Assembly: GCA_977017575.1 (NCBI GenBank)
Contig: CDRNVI010000063.1
Span: 124,001-188,000, forward strand
Length of the DNA: 64,000 nucleotides
Origin: Paramoeba atlantica
Taxonomy: Eukaryota > Protista > Discosea
Direction of reading: 5' to 3'
The notes under the pieces were generated by a model, which did not search any database, was not told the DNA's origin, and saw only the letters and a list, made by a program, of their open reading frames with translations. Made by a program: the position numbers and the translations under genes. The stretch's first letter is position 1, and each line of letters begins with the position of its first letter. Below are positions 1 through 12,183 of the stretch, in pieces.

Positions 1-1223
1 CCGTAGATAGTTCGCCTCAGTTCGTTCTACCAAAGAAATAAGAACGAATATAAAAAAGTTTAGCATTCGAAAGGTTTTTTTGCTACCTATTATAGAGAAA
101 ATCTTGTCCCAAAAAATAGATGAAACGTAATCGCCCAAGAGAGATTATGCCCGTAAAATTAGTATTTAGTATTCCCCCCACGAGCCTTCAGCACTGCCTT
201 CATATGGGCAGGCATACTGTCCACCTGGGCACGACATACTGAGGGTGGTATGTTCGCCCATTCCATTTTTACCCTCTCCCACAACTCTCGGACCCCGCTT
301 GGTGGATCATCGTGCGCTGCAAGGCGCCGCTTGAGTTCTCCTCAAACGTTTTCGATTGCGTTTAAGTCAGGGGACTGCGGGGGCCACCGCATGACTTCAA
401 ACCCGGTACCGCGGTGTGTCTATGAGGTCCATCTCTGATACAGTAAATTTAAGTATCTCAACAATTTCTATGATATTAAAAAAAGAAAGGCCTGATACTC
501 TCAGGATGCAGGGTGGATGCCCTCGAAAGCTTTCCGAGCCGTGCACACGCCGTGTGCGACGACTTGTGTTCTCCGGCAATTCTGCGCAAGAGGTATCATC
601 TCAGCTGCGCCGCGAGGGCGTTGCTGATGTTGTTCCTCAGTCTATCCGAGTTTCGATGCACCGCTTCGGACACAAAGGTAAAAAGCGTGTCCGCAAGCCC
701 TACCTGTCCAAGCGCCATCGCAAGCTTCGGATGGACTTTGCCACGGCCCATGAGCACTGGACAGTGCACGACTGGGCTCCAGTTGTATGGTCGGACGAGA
801 CGAAGATCTCGCGCTTTGAAACGGGGGGAAGTCTTTGGACATGGGGGACCCCGGGGGAGGAACTGGGTGAAAAAGGGGTAATTCCCACGGTAAAGTACGG
901 AGGGGGGCACATCATGATTTGGGTGTGCATGTCCCGAAGCGGTGTGGGGCATGTGCGTCTAGTTCAAGGGAACCTGAACGCCACACAGTACGTCGAGATT
1001 CTTGAAGAGAATCTTGCCCCCTCCATCGAAACTATGGGTCTAGACCCCCCAATGGTCATCTTCCAACAAGATAATGACCCCAAGCACACAAGCCATTGTG
1101 CGCAACGGCACCTCCGGGGTACCGGGTTTGAAGTCATGCGGTGGCCCCCGCAGTCCCCTGACTTAAATCCAATCGAAAACGTTGGGGGGGAACTCAAGCG
1201 GCGCCTTGCAGCGCACGATGATC
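1..1223 (+). mobile_element. Rearranged Tc1-like element: inverted C-terminal/3'UTR segment (1-415) joined to a forward, 3'-truncated DD34E transposase (416-1223)
   Basis: ORF 416..1252 has VVWSDETK, FQQDNDPKH and WPPQSPDLNPIEN, with 34 residues between the second D and the E. 1-476 is the reverse complement of 5949-6424. Confidence 0.9.
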
Positions 1224-1888
1224 TTCTTAGTTCCGAAATATATAAAACGTGAATGCAACACGTGCAGCTTTACATTTTGTGGCATACAAATACTGCAAAA
1301 AAGAGGGAAAAACTTATTGGAAAGTGGATCCCTCAACGCAAAGTATTTGGTTCTCGATGTCACGACAACTACGTCCCAACACGAGATTCCAAAATGTTTT
1401 CCCAGCCCACGCTACATAAAAGAGTCTACTTCGCAGCAGTAGATGCCACACCCATACGATTGGCGATCTGGCCAATGAAAAATGGGGACGTCTTAAAAGA
1501 TAAAATTGAGCAGTATCCCGGTAAAATGGATATTATACTAGCGGAAGCTACAGCAATAGCAAATGCTATTCGCTGCGCTCATAACAATGGTTTTCAATTT
1601 GTTGTAATAGATAATGATAATACGGCTGCGTGTCACTCTTTTGTGAAAGGATATTCCCCGTGAGATACACTGGATCACATAATAAAAGGGTGTGAGTGTT
1701 TCAAAGGAAAGCTAGTGCTCTGTGACATACCCAGCGAAGAAAACATCGCTGATGTTGGGACGCGACCAGAGAAAGTGTACACTGAATCAGAATACAACTA
1801 TAGAAAGTTACAGTCGTGGAATCGACTTTGCCGCGCGTGGGACAATTACAAAAGGTTTGGTACGACATTCGCCAGCCGTGAAGAATGA
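1224..1888 (+). pseudogene. DIRS/TATE-like retroelement fragment (RT C-terminus plus RNase H)
   Basis: Motifs FTFCGIQI, FAAVDATP, AEATAI, VVIDNDN and, past the in-frame TGA at 1661-1663, SEENIADVGTR match the DIRS1-type RNase H pattern. Confidence 0.7.
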
Positions 1889-2329
1889 ATTGACCTATTA
1901 AATTTAGTTTACAAATGCTCGTAGTTCTGCATATTCACTAACCTTATCCCCGCTGTCAACTTACGTACTAAATAATACGCATACAGTATAAAACACAACT
2001 AAAACACACATACGCAACGTATTCTCTGTACCTTTAGAAATTACATGTATAATATTTTTACTATTTATGAATATCGCTAAAAATGCTACGCTCGTGCTTG
2101 ATCAGGAACCCTCCCAGTGGAATTGACACATGGTAGGTTAACCGCGGAGTGCTCTCTGTCACTGGTGAAGGACCTAGGAAGGCCTTGCGTTCCCGTAACC
2201 GCAATAATGCGGGAGCCGGAGTGGTACTTGCGGCGCTTGCATGTGGGGATTGCAGGCGCTCCTGTACCAAACAAACAAATTTTATCGCATCAAACTATGC
2301 ACCCTCTCGGTGCAACAAATCACTTATGA

Positions 2330-2993
2330 AACACGTGTAATTTGCGTCAATGAGGTCCAAAACCAGGGACGTTCAATTACAGACACTCCTGCTCTTATGA
2401 AATGCAGTGAATCTACTGTCTCTGGATGGGTTAAACGCCACCGGGAGACAGGGGGGTTAGGACGTAGGTATAAAATATATAGGTAAAAATGCAATTGATA
2501 AGGTGGAGTTTCGAATAATGTTAGGATCTATTGTAGATGAAGAAAATCAACGTAGTCCCATTGGCTGTCCATCTTGGAGGTGGGTTCACCGCCAAATCGA
2601 TCAAACCAAGTACCCATGCTCTCTTTAATATGTGAAAAAGTTCCTCACCTTACGCCTCTGCACAAATTCGACCGCCTGGAGTTGGTAAATCGTTTGGAGA
2701 GGCTCACCCTTTTTCAATACGCCCGTATTCTGTGGACGGATGATTTTTTTTTAAAATGCGGGTACTACTCACGCAACATTTGGTACGTTTGCAAAAGGTC
2801 AGATAAACCCCTTGAGGCACAAAAAGATTTTGAGAAATATTGTGGGGAAAAGGGGGTTCATATTTCGATGGCGGTGAGCCTTAAATGGGGGGTTCCCAAG
2901 GTTCACTGTTTTCATGAGTTTGCAGAGAACGAGGCGGTAACTAATGAAAACTTTCTTTCTGTCATGACAAAACGAAATGGTTTCTATAACTGA
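2330..2993 (+). pseudogene. Degenerate Tc1/IS630-like transposase
   Basis: HTH-like QGRSITDTPALMKCSESTVSGWVKRHRETG, then KVPHLTPLHKFDRLE and ILWTD. The frame is broken. Confidence 0.55.
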
Positions 2994-3033
2994 TTAAAGC
3001 GTAAACCAGCGACTACAGTGATCATAGACAACG

Positions 3034-3879
3034 CTACGGGCCATAATCATACTCGCCGTGTCGGCAGACATGGGTATTAGCATTCCGGATTGGCCTACCA
3101 AGTCCCTGGATTGGTGGGTTGGTGTGTACACCAGTGTTGGGGTCCACCCAAAATCGTCGATGATTTACTGTCTCATACCGCAAGTCGTTTCCCAGGGAGC
3201 GACTCGCTCGCCAGCAATCAGTGCGCGCCACGGCCCGGCTCCCAGCAGACAACTCAATGACTTGTGTATTCAGACTCTCAGCACTTCGATTTTCCAGAGG
3301 GCTTACAAATATTTCCTTCGCTTTCTGATTTCTCGTAGTACTTGTAATCACATGTACCCATTGTGACTCATTCTTACGGACGCGACGTGGTTTGTAGCTG
3401 CCCCCTTTTTTTGGCGTTGAGAAGCATGTTTCGTCTTTTTGCATATGATTTATTGTCCCAGCCGCTTCTATAGTGCGAATGTCATGGGCATGAGAAATCA
3501 TGGACTCCAGCATGTGGGATATGTTCGTTACTGTTCGAGCGCTAAGCTGACATTCTAACGCAATTTGTTCCCGTCCGTTGCGACAGCTCATTCCGTAAAG
3601 AACGTGAAGCACCTGTTTTGCTGTTCGTCGCTTAAATGCAGTAAGAAGAGGTTGTAGGCAGTAGAGTTTTCCTCGACATTTTTTCCTCTCAGGGCATATC
3701 CAGTGCTCTCCTACAAGGTTGCAAGGGAGAGGAGCATGCTGTTTCGCGCAAGTAACTGCTTTGTACAAGAGTCCATGGTTCTTCATCCATTCAACAACGC
3801 GAGATTCCTCCGTTGAACTGAGCAGACTATAGGAAAAAGTGTCAGTACACGCGAAATCATTGCAACGAGCGCAGTTCAT
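3034..3879 (-). mobile_element. Merlin/IS1595-like transposase with aberrant C-terminus
   Basis: Cys-rich N-terminus, QKDETCF, NRSAESL, RTDCWRA and TVNHRRFWVDPNTGVHTN are ISXO2-like DDE motifs. Confidence 0.85.
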
Positions 3880-4473
3880 AGTGAGAAACCGTGAAAAAAG
3901 ATAATGTTTTTAATGATTTGAGATACTGTAAAAGAAAACACATTTTAAATCAATATTTAAAAAACATAAAAAATATTTTTTTTGGCGCAATAATGCTTCA
4001 CTTTCACCAAATTTACTAATCGAAAATTTGTGGAGCATGATGGACCACCACATCAAATTTACTCTCCGTCCCACAAACCGTAAGGAACTGCAAGCTGCAA
4101 TTCCATGTCCTTTTTTAATCGATAAGGAAAATCAATGATACGAACCTACGGAAGAACACACACGTAAAACCAGAAAAAAAAATCAATTTAGAGTTTATAA
4201 AGTTTATAATATTATTTTGCCACACAATAGAAGCACGCATGGTACAGCGCTTGCTCTGAATAGCGCATAAGTAGTCCATTACCTATAAGTACGAATTTTT
4301 CTGTGTTAAGAACTCTTTGTTGTCTATTATTTTCTAGACTACATATACATGTAATGTAATGTGACTAAATTGTAATAGTAATGTGAACTTGTTTTCTGGA
4401 ATAATAATCATGCACACGTATTAGGAAATTGCATATGTTAGTGCTTTTCGGAAGGATAAAATTTCAACAAAAT

Positions 4474-5244
4474 TTATTGATTTCTGTACCTAAAAGCAAA
4501 ACTCCCTGCGTTTTGTAGCTTATCTACGTACTTCATACGACATAGTAAATCCGGGTTATTTGACAAGCTGACTTCTCTAAGAGATCGAGGCAACTGACTT
4601 AGATCAACAGTACCAGAAAATGCGTTGCTGCTTAATCCCAAGTGAAGCAACAATGGGGGAAGGGCTGTAAGGTCGGGAGTTCCGCACAGACGATTGCGCG
4701 AAAGAAAGAGCTTTTCCAATCGCGGAGGAAGACTTGTGAGACAGACTTCTCCAGTGAAACCATTACAGCTCAGTCGGAGAACTTTCATACTTTGCGGAAG
4801 AACAGTTAAGTCTAGTTCTCCATGAAAATGATTCTTTGTAATAATAAAAGTCTCATGAATTGGAAGAAGATCACCCAGTAAGGCGCGTCCCGTCATATTA
4901 TTATTTTGTGCACTAAAGAGGAACAGAGTTTCTGGAAAATGATGAATAAATAATTCTCCGGATAAGTGCTTCTCGTCCCAATGAATTTCAGTAATGTGAC
5001 TGCACTCGTTACACTTTACACCGAACCACTCACACGCGGGCGTATCGGTGCTCCAGGATGAGTCCAAGTTTTCAAGCTCTTCGACTAGTCGTGCGAGCTT
5101 GTATTCTTCCGGTAGCATAGCCTGATTTATCTTTCCAGTACGTGCTACTGAGATTCTGCAATCAGATTCCGGCGTAGATGGGTCGATGGCACTGATTTTA
5201 CGTCTCTTAGCCGAAACGTCGTGAGAAGTGGTCAAGAGAATCAT
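4474..5244 (-). CDS. Leucine-rich repeat protein
   Basis: TPACEWFGVKC cap, LxLSxNxFxGxxDLxxLP repeats, N-terminal RTGK..LPEEY motif. Confidence 0.85.
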   Translation of the reverse strand: MILLTTSHDVSAKRRKISAIDPSTPESDCRISVARTGKINQAMLPEEYKLARLVEELENLDSSWSTDTPACEWFGVKCNECSHITEIHWDEKHLSGELFIHHFPETLFLFSAQNNNMTGRALLGDLLPIHETFIITKNHFHGELDLTVLPQSMKVLRLSCNGFTGEVCLTSLPPRLEKLFLSRNRLCGTPDLTALPPLLLHLGLSSNAFSGTVDLSQLPRSLREVSLSNNPDLLCRMKYVDKLQNAGSFAFRYRNQ

Positions 5245-5702
5245 GAAAATGATTGAACAGGTATTTAGAACTATTTTTTAAGTGAACTATTACGGTATAC
5301 AAACATGAAAATATCACTTTTCAACATGAAAGATCCTATCTCCGCAAACCGAAACTAAGTCCCTACTTCATTCTGCCCCTTACAATGGAGAATAGCTGCA
5401 GATTGCCGGAGATATGTGGAGATATCTCAATCAAATAACACCAGAAGAAAGAATTGCAGCAGGAGAGTTAAATAGAAGTAGGAGATGTGGGCCATTACTA
5501 CGGGGAAGGCCAGGGCGCGGCTACGGGAACGCCTGCAACTCTATTGCAGTTACAAGAGAACCTCATAGACACACCGCTGTCGTAGAGCTCTGCAATTTGT
5601 TTCTTTACGTAACGTGGTGTGGACCTCATAGAAAATAAGAATTTTAGGTAAGAATTTTAGGTTATAGAGTTTATCTTACACTGTTACATTTTGCACTCTA
5701 TA

Positions 5703-6424
5703 CAGGGGGGGCCACGAAAACTGACAAGGTCCGCATTTTAGCGTCCTGAGGCAGTTTGAGCTGATTTTTGTTGCAAACGAGAGATCTCGTTCTGAATATC
5801 GTGTCTACGCTATTTAAAATACAAAAACGTTCGCCGGAAAACATTTCCAATGAGTTACAAAAGTGAAATTTTAAAGATTTTGCAAATTGAAAAACGGGTC
5901 TAAAATTCGTAATTTTTACGTACCACGGCCCAAAAAGTACCCAGAAATATATCATAGAAATTGTTGAGATACTTAAATTTACTGTATCAGAGATGGACCT
6001 CATAGACACACCGCGGTACCGGGTTTGAAGTCATGCGGTGGCCCCCGCAGTCCCCTGACTTAAATGCAATCGAAAACGTTTGGGGAGAACTCAAGCGGCG
6101 CCTTGCAGTGCACGATGATCCACCAAGCGGGGTCCGAGAGTTGTGGGAGAGGGTAAAAATGGAATGGGCGAACATACCACCCTCAGTATGTCGTGCCCAG
6201 GTGGACAGTATGCCTGCCCATATGAAGGCAGTGCTGAAGGCTCGTGGGGGGAATACTAAATACTAATTTTACGGGCATAATCTCTCTTGGGCGATTACGT
6301 TTCATCTATTTTTTGGGACAAGATTTTCTCTATAATAGGTAGCAAAAAAACCTTTCGAATGCTAAACTTTTTTATATTCGTTCTTATTTCTTTGGTAGAA
6401 CGAACTGAGGTGAACTATCTACGG
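5703..6424. mobile_element. Rearranged Tc1-like element: TIR-like end, inverted N-terminal stub, forward C-terminal transposase segment
   Basis: TA then CAGGGGGGGCCACG at 5701. 6033-6266 encodes WPPQSPDLNAIENVW...KARGGNTKY. 5949-6009 is the reversed MSMRSISD start. Confidence 0.8.
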
Positions 6425-6550
6425 GTACTATTCGGTGACACTCATGCCTACACTACTAGCACACATTACCAGCGCAACGGTGATATTTAATCAATAGCTC
6501 TATGCAATAGAAAAAAAACCGAAACATTCGAACGGTTTTTTTGCTGACTG

Positions 6551-6656
6551 TATATGCATTATCAGTGTGCTAATATGCATTATCAGTGTGCCTATATGCA
6601 TTATCAGTGTGCATTATGCAATATCAGTGTGCGAGTTTTATGCGTTATCAGTGTGC
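6551..6656. repeat. Minisatellite, about 20-bp unit (TATGCATTATCAGTGTGC core), 5 copies
   Basis: Direct reading of tandem units. Confidence 0.9.
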
Positions 6657-7775
6657 GGGTGCCCTTACACACCATGTACACGAATTTCCCCAATTTTGTA
6701 CATTAAATTTATAAACATGTTCATACCAATAAGTATCAACGATATCCGCCTATCTTCTATTTGACTACTTTCTATATATTGGACTACGGCCGTAGTTTTC
6801 TACACTGCTCCCTGCGACACACCGTCTCGGCCTGTTTCGGTTCCCCACACAAGGGACAGACATACCACGGCGCGAGGCGCAGGTGGAGCCACTTAAAGTG
6901 CCACCCCCAGGTCGGGCGCCCCTTACGTTCCGGGGAGCGCTTCCCGTGAGGGGTGCCCCCTTTGTTGCCCCACAGAAACGGGTCTTCCGGGGTCAGGGCT
7001 CGGCCCTCTGTGTCCATCCCATCCTCTATACCTGCAGCACTGGTCACAAGACAAGGCGTCTCGTGCAGGGAGGAAGCAACGGGGGGAGAGGGGGGAACGG
7101 GAAAGGGGTGGAGCAGGGAGAAGGGAGAGGGGAGACGGGGGAGGAGGGAAGGGGAGGGGGTGGGTCGAGGGGGTTGGGGCACTCGACGGTGTTTGTAGAG
7201 GAGAGGTTGTGCTGAGGGTTTGATATTTGGAAGAGGGGTGTGAGGGTAGGGGGAGGTAGGGAGCGGAGGAAGGAGTTTTTGAACCAGTCGGCGGAGGGTG
7301 AGACGTGTGTGGTTCAAAAGAGCGTGTGGGCTACGGCAGGACATGGGAATGGGTTTCGTATTTGGTATGAAAAAAACCGTTTTTTATCGAAAAAGATATA
7401 CTCCCCAGTACCCTACTTATTGCTTTTCGGACGTTGACTCTTGTCGTGAGTGCCGTGAAGTGTACATAGAAGTAATATTGAATGGCTAAAAATGCAGGGT
7501 TCGCGGAAACTTTAATAAGGTAAACACAAGGTGAACACAAAGTAAATTTGGGTGCAATCTGACGTTCATGCCAATTGAATAAAATATTTTTGCAAAACAA
7601 GCGCACAAAGGGCGTTCGCATACGAGAGCTCGTATGCAACAAATAACTTTACTACTCATAAGCGTTCAGAAAACGTTTCGTTTTACGAATCTCTCCTCCC
7701 TATACGAGCGTCCCGGTTTCAGTTAATAGCAACGCTAATATTATAACAAGAGTCAATTCCTCACCAGAAACAACG

Positions 7776-8465
7776 CTAATAAGGAGGGGTAGGCGCCCAA
7801 AGTCTTATTCGTGTCCCTGCTACAGATCTGTAACGCAGTCTTCCCCACTGCGCTACATCAATTACGCCTTCAAGCTCGCGATTATCGGTAAAGAGAATAG
7901 AATCCATTGTCAAGGGAAGTAGTCCAAACAGAAGTCGGGTAAAATTATTAGCTTCTACATCGACGCAACTCATTTGAGGGGGAAGTACCGTCATGTCTAA
8001 CGTACCTGCAAATTTGTTGTGGGCAAGTTGGAGGTGAGTAAAAGTCTGTGGCAAGTCTGGGAGATTTACTTCACCAGTCATCTTATTGGCTCGTACAGTC
8101 AACCATTCCATTGAGCAAGGAAGGTCTCGAAGATTGACACCCCCAATAATGTCATTGTTCGTCAGATAAACAACCACCATACTGCTAGGAATAAATTCCC
8201 ATAATAAAGTTCCTCGTAAAGATCTACTACCCCAATTAAGTTTTATTGCCTTCCCCTCGGAATTGATTTTCACCTCGATCCATTCATGAATAGGTTTACT
8301 GGCGTCCCATGAAGGATCGGGGTTTTCAATATTTCTTATAAATCGAGACAGTTCAATTTCTTGGGACAGAGCAACTCCCCGAAGCTTTCCTAATCGGGAT
8401 GGAGCATCACGATCATGGCACAGAGCGGATAAAGAAATAAAGACGCCCTTGTACAGCGCAACCAT
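7776..8465 (-). CDS. Leucine-rich repeat protein
   Basis: RLGKLRG..LSQEIEL leader and LP..M..L.L..NxFxG repeats. Confidence 0.8.
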   Translation of the reverse strand: MVALYKGVFISLSALCHDRDAPSRLGKLRGVALSQEIELSRFIRNIENPDPSWDASKPIHEWIEVKINSEGKAIKLNWGSRSLRGTLLWEFIPSSMVVVYLTNNDIIGGVNLRDLPCSMEWLTVRANKMTGEVNLPDLPQTFTHLQLAHNKFAGTLDMTVLPPQMSCVDVEANNFTRLLFGLLPLTMDSILFTDNRELEGVIDVAQWGRLRYRSVAGTRIRLWAPTPPY

Positions 8466-8906
8466 GAAACTTATGCTTCAAACGAAAACAATATGCGTAC
8501 CCCATCTTTAAAATACTCTGAATATTCACATTACTTTACATACCGTAGAAACGGAAATTCAAGAATAGTTAAATTAAGGAAAATTTCTTTGTGACACAAA
8601 ATTATTTCCTTAATTAAAGTTTTCTTAATTTTCGTCTTCCTTTCCAAACAGGCAGTTTGAGGACTGCTAGTGCAATCCAGGGCCAACCTGTGCCAACCAG
8701 TGCAAGACAGGAAGTGGCTGAGTGTTGAAAGATACCGTAGAAGAATACTTATGAAAATGTTGTGTGGAACCGAGAAAAACATTTTTTCTTCTTTGATCAA
8801 ATCAAAAAAAACTTAGTGTCAGTAAAAATACTATCCTGCAGGTAGCGGGGGTAGAATGAATTTTTTTCATGCTCGTAATGTACGCGTAGAAAAAAATTGC
8901 AACTCC

Positions 8907-9895
8907 CTAGTTTTTCTCCTCTTTGCGTAACTTCTCGTACGTCCGCTTGGAGATTCGAGGAACGGAGGACTCAATCCATTTGACTGGCAGAACAGGCTTG
9001 GGATACACCACTGAAGTAAAATCGTTCTCTTTCAGGTATAACTTAAACTGCCGTGGACCGCCAGGTAGGTGACATAGATCTACGATTCCACTTAATGTGC
9101 TGTTCGTGAGGTCAAGGACTTTCAACCCGGTTGGAAGATGAGTAAGATTTATCTCGCCTTCAAGCCCACGCAACTTGTTGTTTCTGAGATAAAGAACTTT
9201 CAGGGCGGTTGGAAGACGAGTCAGACTTATCTCGCTTTCAAATAGATTATGATTGAGCGCCAAGTCTTCCAAAGTTTCTGGAAGCTCTGTAAGACAGAGA
9301 GGACCTTGAAACAAGTTGTATGCCAAATCGAGTTTTTGTAGAGGAGGGAGGTGACATAAATCAACTTCTCCGATAAAGCGATTCTGCGCAGTATTAAGTT
9401 CTCGCAATGTGTTTGGAAGTTTAGAAAGATCTGCGATTCCTTCAAACCAATTTTTACCAATGACCAAACGTTCTAAGTTGGGAGGAAGTACAGTAAAATC
9501 GAAAGTTTCTGTGTGCATATGACCCCAAATGGAGAAGTTTTGGAGAGGATCGACCAATTCCTCTGAGGGAATATGCCCGATACAACGATATTGATCCATA
9601 TTGACATCGGCTTCAAAAATCACCGTGTGTGAGGGCATAACCCGATAATTTCAAAGTCTTTGTTGCAACGTACCCCATTCCAAGAACACACGCGAATAGA
9701 CTCATTTTTCCATATCAAAGCTAGACAAGTGTGTGTATGAGTATGCTCCACAAAACGTTTCAATTGATCCTCATCAGAGCTTTCAGAGGCTGTATGAGTC
9801 GTGAATTGGTCCAACCGTTTCCGTTTTAGAGGAGGGCTAGTGGTATCAGGTGCGCGTACTCCAAGAAAGCGGACGACAAAGAGGAAAAAGATCAT
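8907..9895 (-). pseudogene. LRR protein split by one frameshift near 9635 (pseudogene or sequencing indel)
   Basis: ORF 9620..9895 carries the VCSWNGVRCN cap. The overlapping ORF 8907..9638 carries the LRRs. Confidence 0.7.
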
Positions 9896-10163
9896 CCAAA
9901 AAACGTTGAATTCACCCTTTCATAAATAACTATAATTATGAAATATAAACTTTATGAAATTACACTGTACTGTACGATTACATACATGTAGTGCCGCGGG
10001 TTTCGACAAAATGGCACTAATAGCGCCCTGAGAGGAAGGGGTTCCATCAGATAAACCATAAAAAGAAATCACAAAACGTAGAATACAAACAGGATGCCAG
10101 TTCAATGCCTACAACTAATATGAATGCGTTCCACGATTCCCTATACCCCACTCACCCCTTCCC

Positions 10164-11927
10164 CTACACTACATCCGCGCACGTTATACTGGACACCACA
10201 ACAATCACCTTAGACATCTTTCCCGGCGCCGCACTCTGCTCCCTTTGGTACGCTTGCGCTGCACCGTACAACCCCTCCCGTCTCCCTTGAGGTCTTGTTT
10301 TCCCTGCACCTGCAACAGCCTCCCACATCCCCCTCCGGTTCCCCGGCCTCTCCCCTCCCTCCGTCGGTGCGTCCCGTTGGCTCGCGTCCCTGGGCAAGGG
10401 CTCGAGGAACGGCAACGAGAGCACCAGGGACTGGACATTTAACTCCAGCACCACGGCCGTACAGAGTACGGTGCCATAGAGTGCATCACTCGCGGTAGCC
10501 CCCCGCATGAGGTACACAACCGTGTGTTGTAAATCCCGAGGCAGCGGGGCGTGAGGGAGAGGGGAAGCCTCGACAACCGAAGCCATCTCCCCCCTCTCCA
10601 TCTCGCTTTTGTTTTTTACCCCCCCGAATACTTTTTCAGAGGTTAGGGGTTTACTCCTTTCCCCTTTCTTCGAGTGTAAACGAAAGAACTCCACCCGTTC
10701 TAACGGAATGGTGTGGGTCGCGGGACTCACCCGCACCGACGCGGCTCCGTAGAACCACCGTTGCAGGTTCTCCCTCACCCGGAAACCGGAGGGAAGTGCC
10801 ACCACCCCGGTCGACACAGGAAGACACTCCACACCTACCTTTAAAAAGGTAGCGGTTCTCCCCTCCCTATTGTTGTTACCCTTTTCTTCATCCCCTGGTT
10901 GACCGCGATTTTGTTGACCGCGATTTTGTTGACCGCGATTTTGTTGCTCGCGATTTTGTTGCTCGCGATTTTGTTGCTCGCGATTTTGTTGACCGCTCCC
11001 CACCCGGCTCGCGATTTCATGCGCCAACCTGTCGTCGCCCAACACGACGACGTGGGTGACACGAAGCCGATCCACCACCCCCCCCACGGTCTCCAGCGCC
11101 ATCCCGGGGGGCGTGTCAATGACCACCCCACCGGAGGCCACCGTGTCGCTGGTGTGATGCGTGAGGCGCTGCTCGGTGAGGTGACAGAGACGCTCGAGGG
11201 CGTGGGCATAAACCGCGGGGTCCTCGAACGGGCGAGCGGTCCCGACCGGGAGATGCAGCCCGTTGGTCCCCGCCACCGCGACCTCATCGATCGCGTTGGG
11301 GTGGTCCCAGGTGCAGGCGGTGAGGACCCCGGGGGGACCGGAGAGGGGGGCGTGGGGGTCGAGCTCGAGAAGCGTGGGGGTGTGACCGCAGCGGGCGGCG
11401 TAGTTCAGGAGGATACGACACAGGGTGGTTTTGCCGGAGCAGGGCGGGCCGAGGACGAGGGTACGGGGCGAGGCCAGAGGGGGTGGGGAGGGGGGAGATG
11501 GGGCCCCGGTGGGGAGGCCACGCAGGCGGGCCTCGTGAAGCAGGCTGTGAAGTTCAGCGTAGAAACGCATGGGGGTGGAGCGTGAAATATACGCAGAGTG
11601 GAGTATTTTCGAATTTGTGCATTGAAATTTTACGGTGCATCCTGTCCAGGAGAAGATGGCGAGGGAGCAGCCCCAAGGCAGGGTGTAGGCCACCCCAGGA
11701 AGAAGGGGAGCGCCAAAGATCTCGGCATGTGCTCTATGCTCCTCAAGTAAAGTGACTTCAGCAAGATGACTCGGTATTGAGGAATCCCCATCATCGCGAG
11801 AAAACGGAATGGGTAGGAAGATGCGGAGTTCGGACTCCGGACACAATACAAAGTTCTGAGTATCTGTGGGCACGTCAAGTTTTCCCTGTAAGTTGAAAGT
11901 TTCATGCCCTCTAGCGAGATAGTGCAT
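10164..11927 (-). CDS. CLP1: Clp1 polynucleotide 5'-kinase
   Basis: ESELR, AEIFG, AIFSWTGC, Walker A GPPCSGKTT, LLNYAAR, ELD and GVVIDT match the Clp1 family. Confidence 0.9.
   Translation of the reverse strand: MHYLARGHETFNLQGKLDVPTDTQNFVLCPESELRIFLPIPFSRDDGDSSIPSHLAEVTLLEEHRAHAEIFGAPLLPGVAYTLPWGCSLAIFSWTGCTVKFQCTNSKILHSAYISRSTPMRFYAELHSLLHEARLRGLPTGAPSPPSPPPLASPRTLVLGPPCSGKTTLCRILLNYAARCGHTPTLLELDPHAPLSGPPGVLTACTWDHPNAIDEVAVAGTNGLHLPVGTARPFEDPAVYAHALERLCHLTEQRLTHHTSDTVASGGVVIDTPPGMALETVGGVVDRLRVTHVVVLGDDRLAHEIASRVGSGQQNREQQNREQQNREQQNRGQQNRGQQNRGQPGDEEKGNNNREGRTATFLKVGVECLPVSTGVVALPSGFRVRENLQRWFYGAASVRVSPATHTIPLERVEFFRLHSKKGERSKPLTSEKVFGGVKNKSEMERGEMASVVEASPLPHAPLPRDLQHTVVYLMRGATASDALYGTVLCTAVVLELNVQSLVLSLPFLEPLPRDASQRDAPTEGGERPGNRRGMWEAVAGAGKTRPQGRREGLYGAAQAYQREQSAAPGKMSKVIVVVSSITCADVV
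10904..10993 (-). repeat. In-frame 15-bp coding tandem repeat, 6 copies (QQNRE/QQNRG)
   Basis: CGCGATTTTGTTG(A/C)(C/T) units on the plus strand. Confidence 0.95.
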
Positions 11928-12183
11928 AAACTCCTGTAGGATATTTCTATGGATAGAATAACGAAAATCTAATCACTTTTCCGAGTTATGAAAACAAAGA
12001 AAAAGACTAATGAGCTGTATTGTAGAATTCCTATAGACCATATGAACCTTCTCTTTAATGTTTTTAAGTAAGAAGTAGGTATTTCTTAAAAAGTGCGCTC
12101 GGTCTGATCCATTCAATGAATTTCATACAAGTTCTACAAAGGAGATTGTTTATATTTTCTATGAAAACATCGCACATTTCAAT

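Noticed and set aside
6784-7344. Pro-rich ORF with a CxxC..CxxxxC tail
   Set aside because: It is driven by purine/pyrimidine low complexity, and no family could be assigned.
10899-11585. 228-aa plus-strand ORF, and ORF 10841..11287
   Set aside because: Antisense and alternate-frame shadows of GC-rich CLP1.
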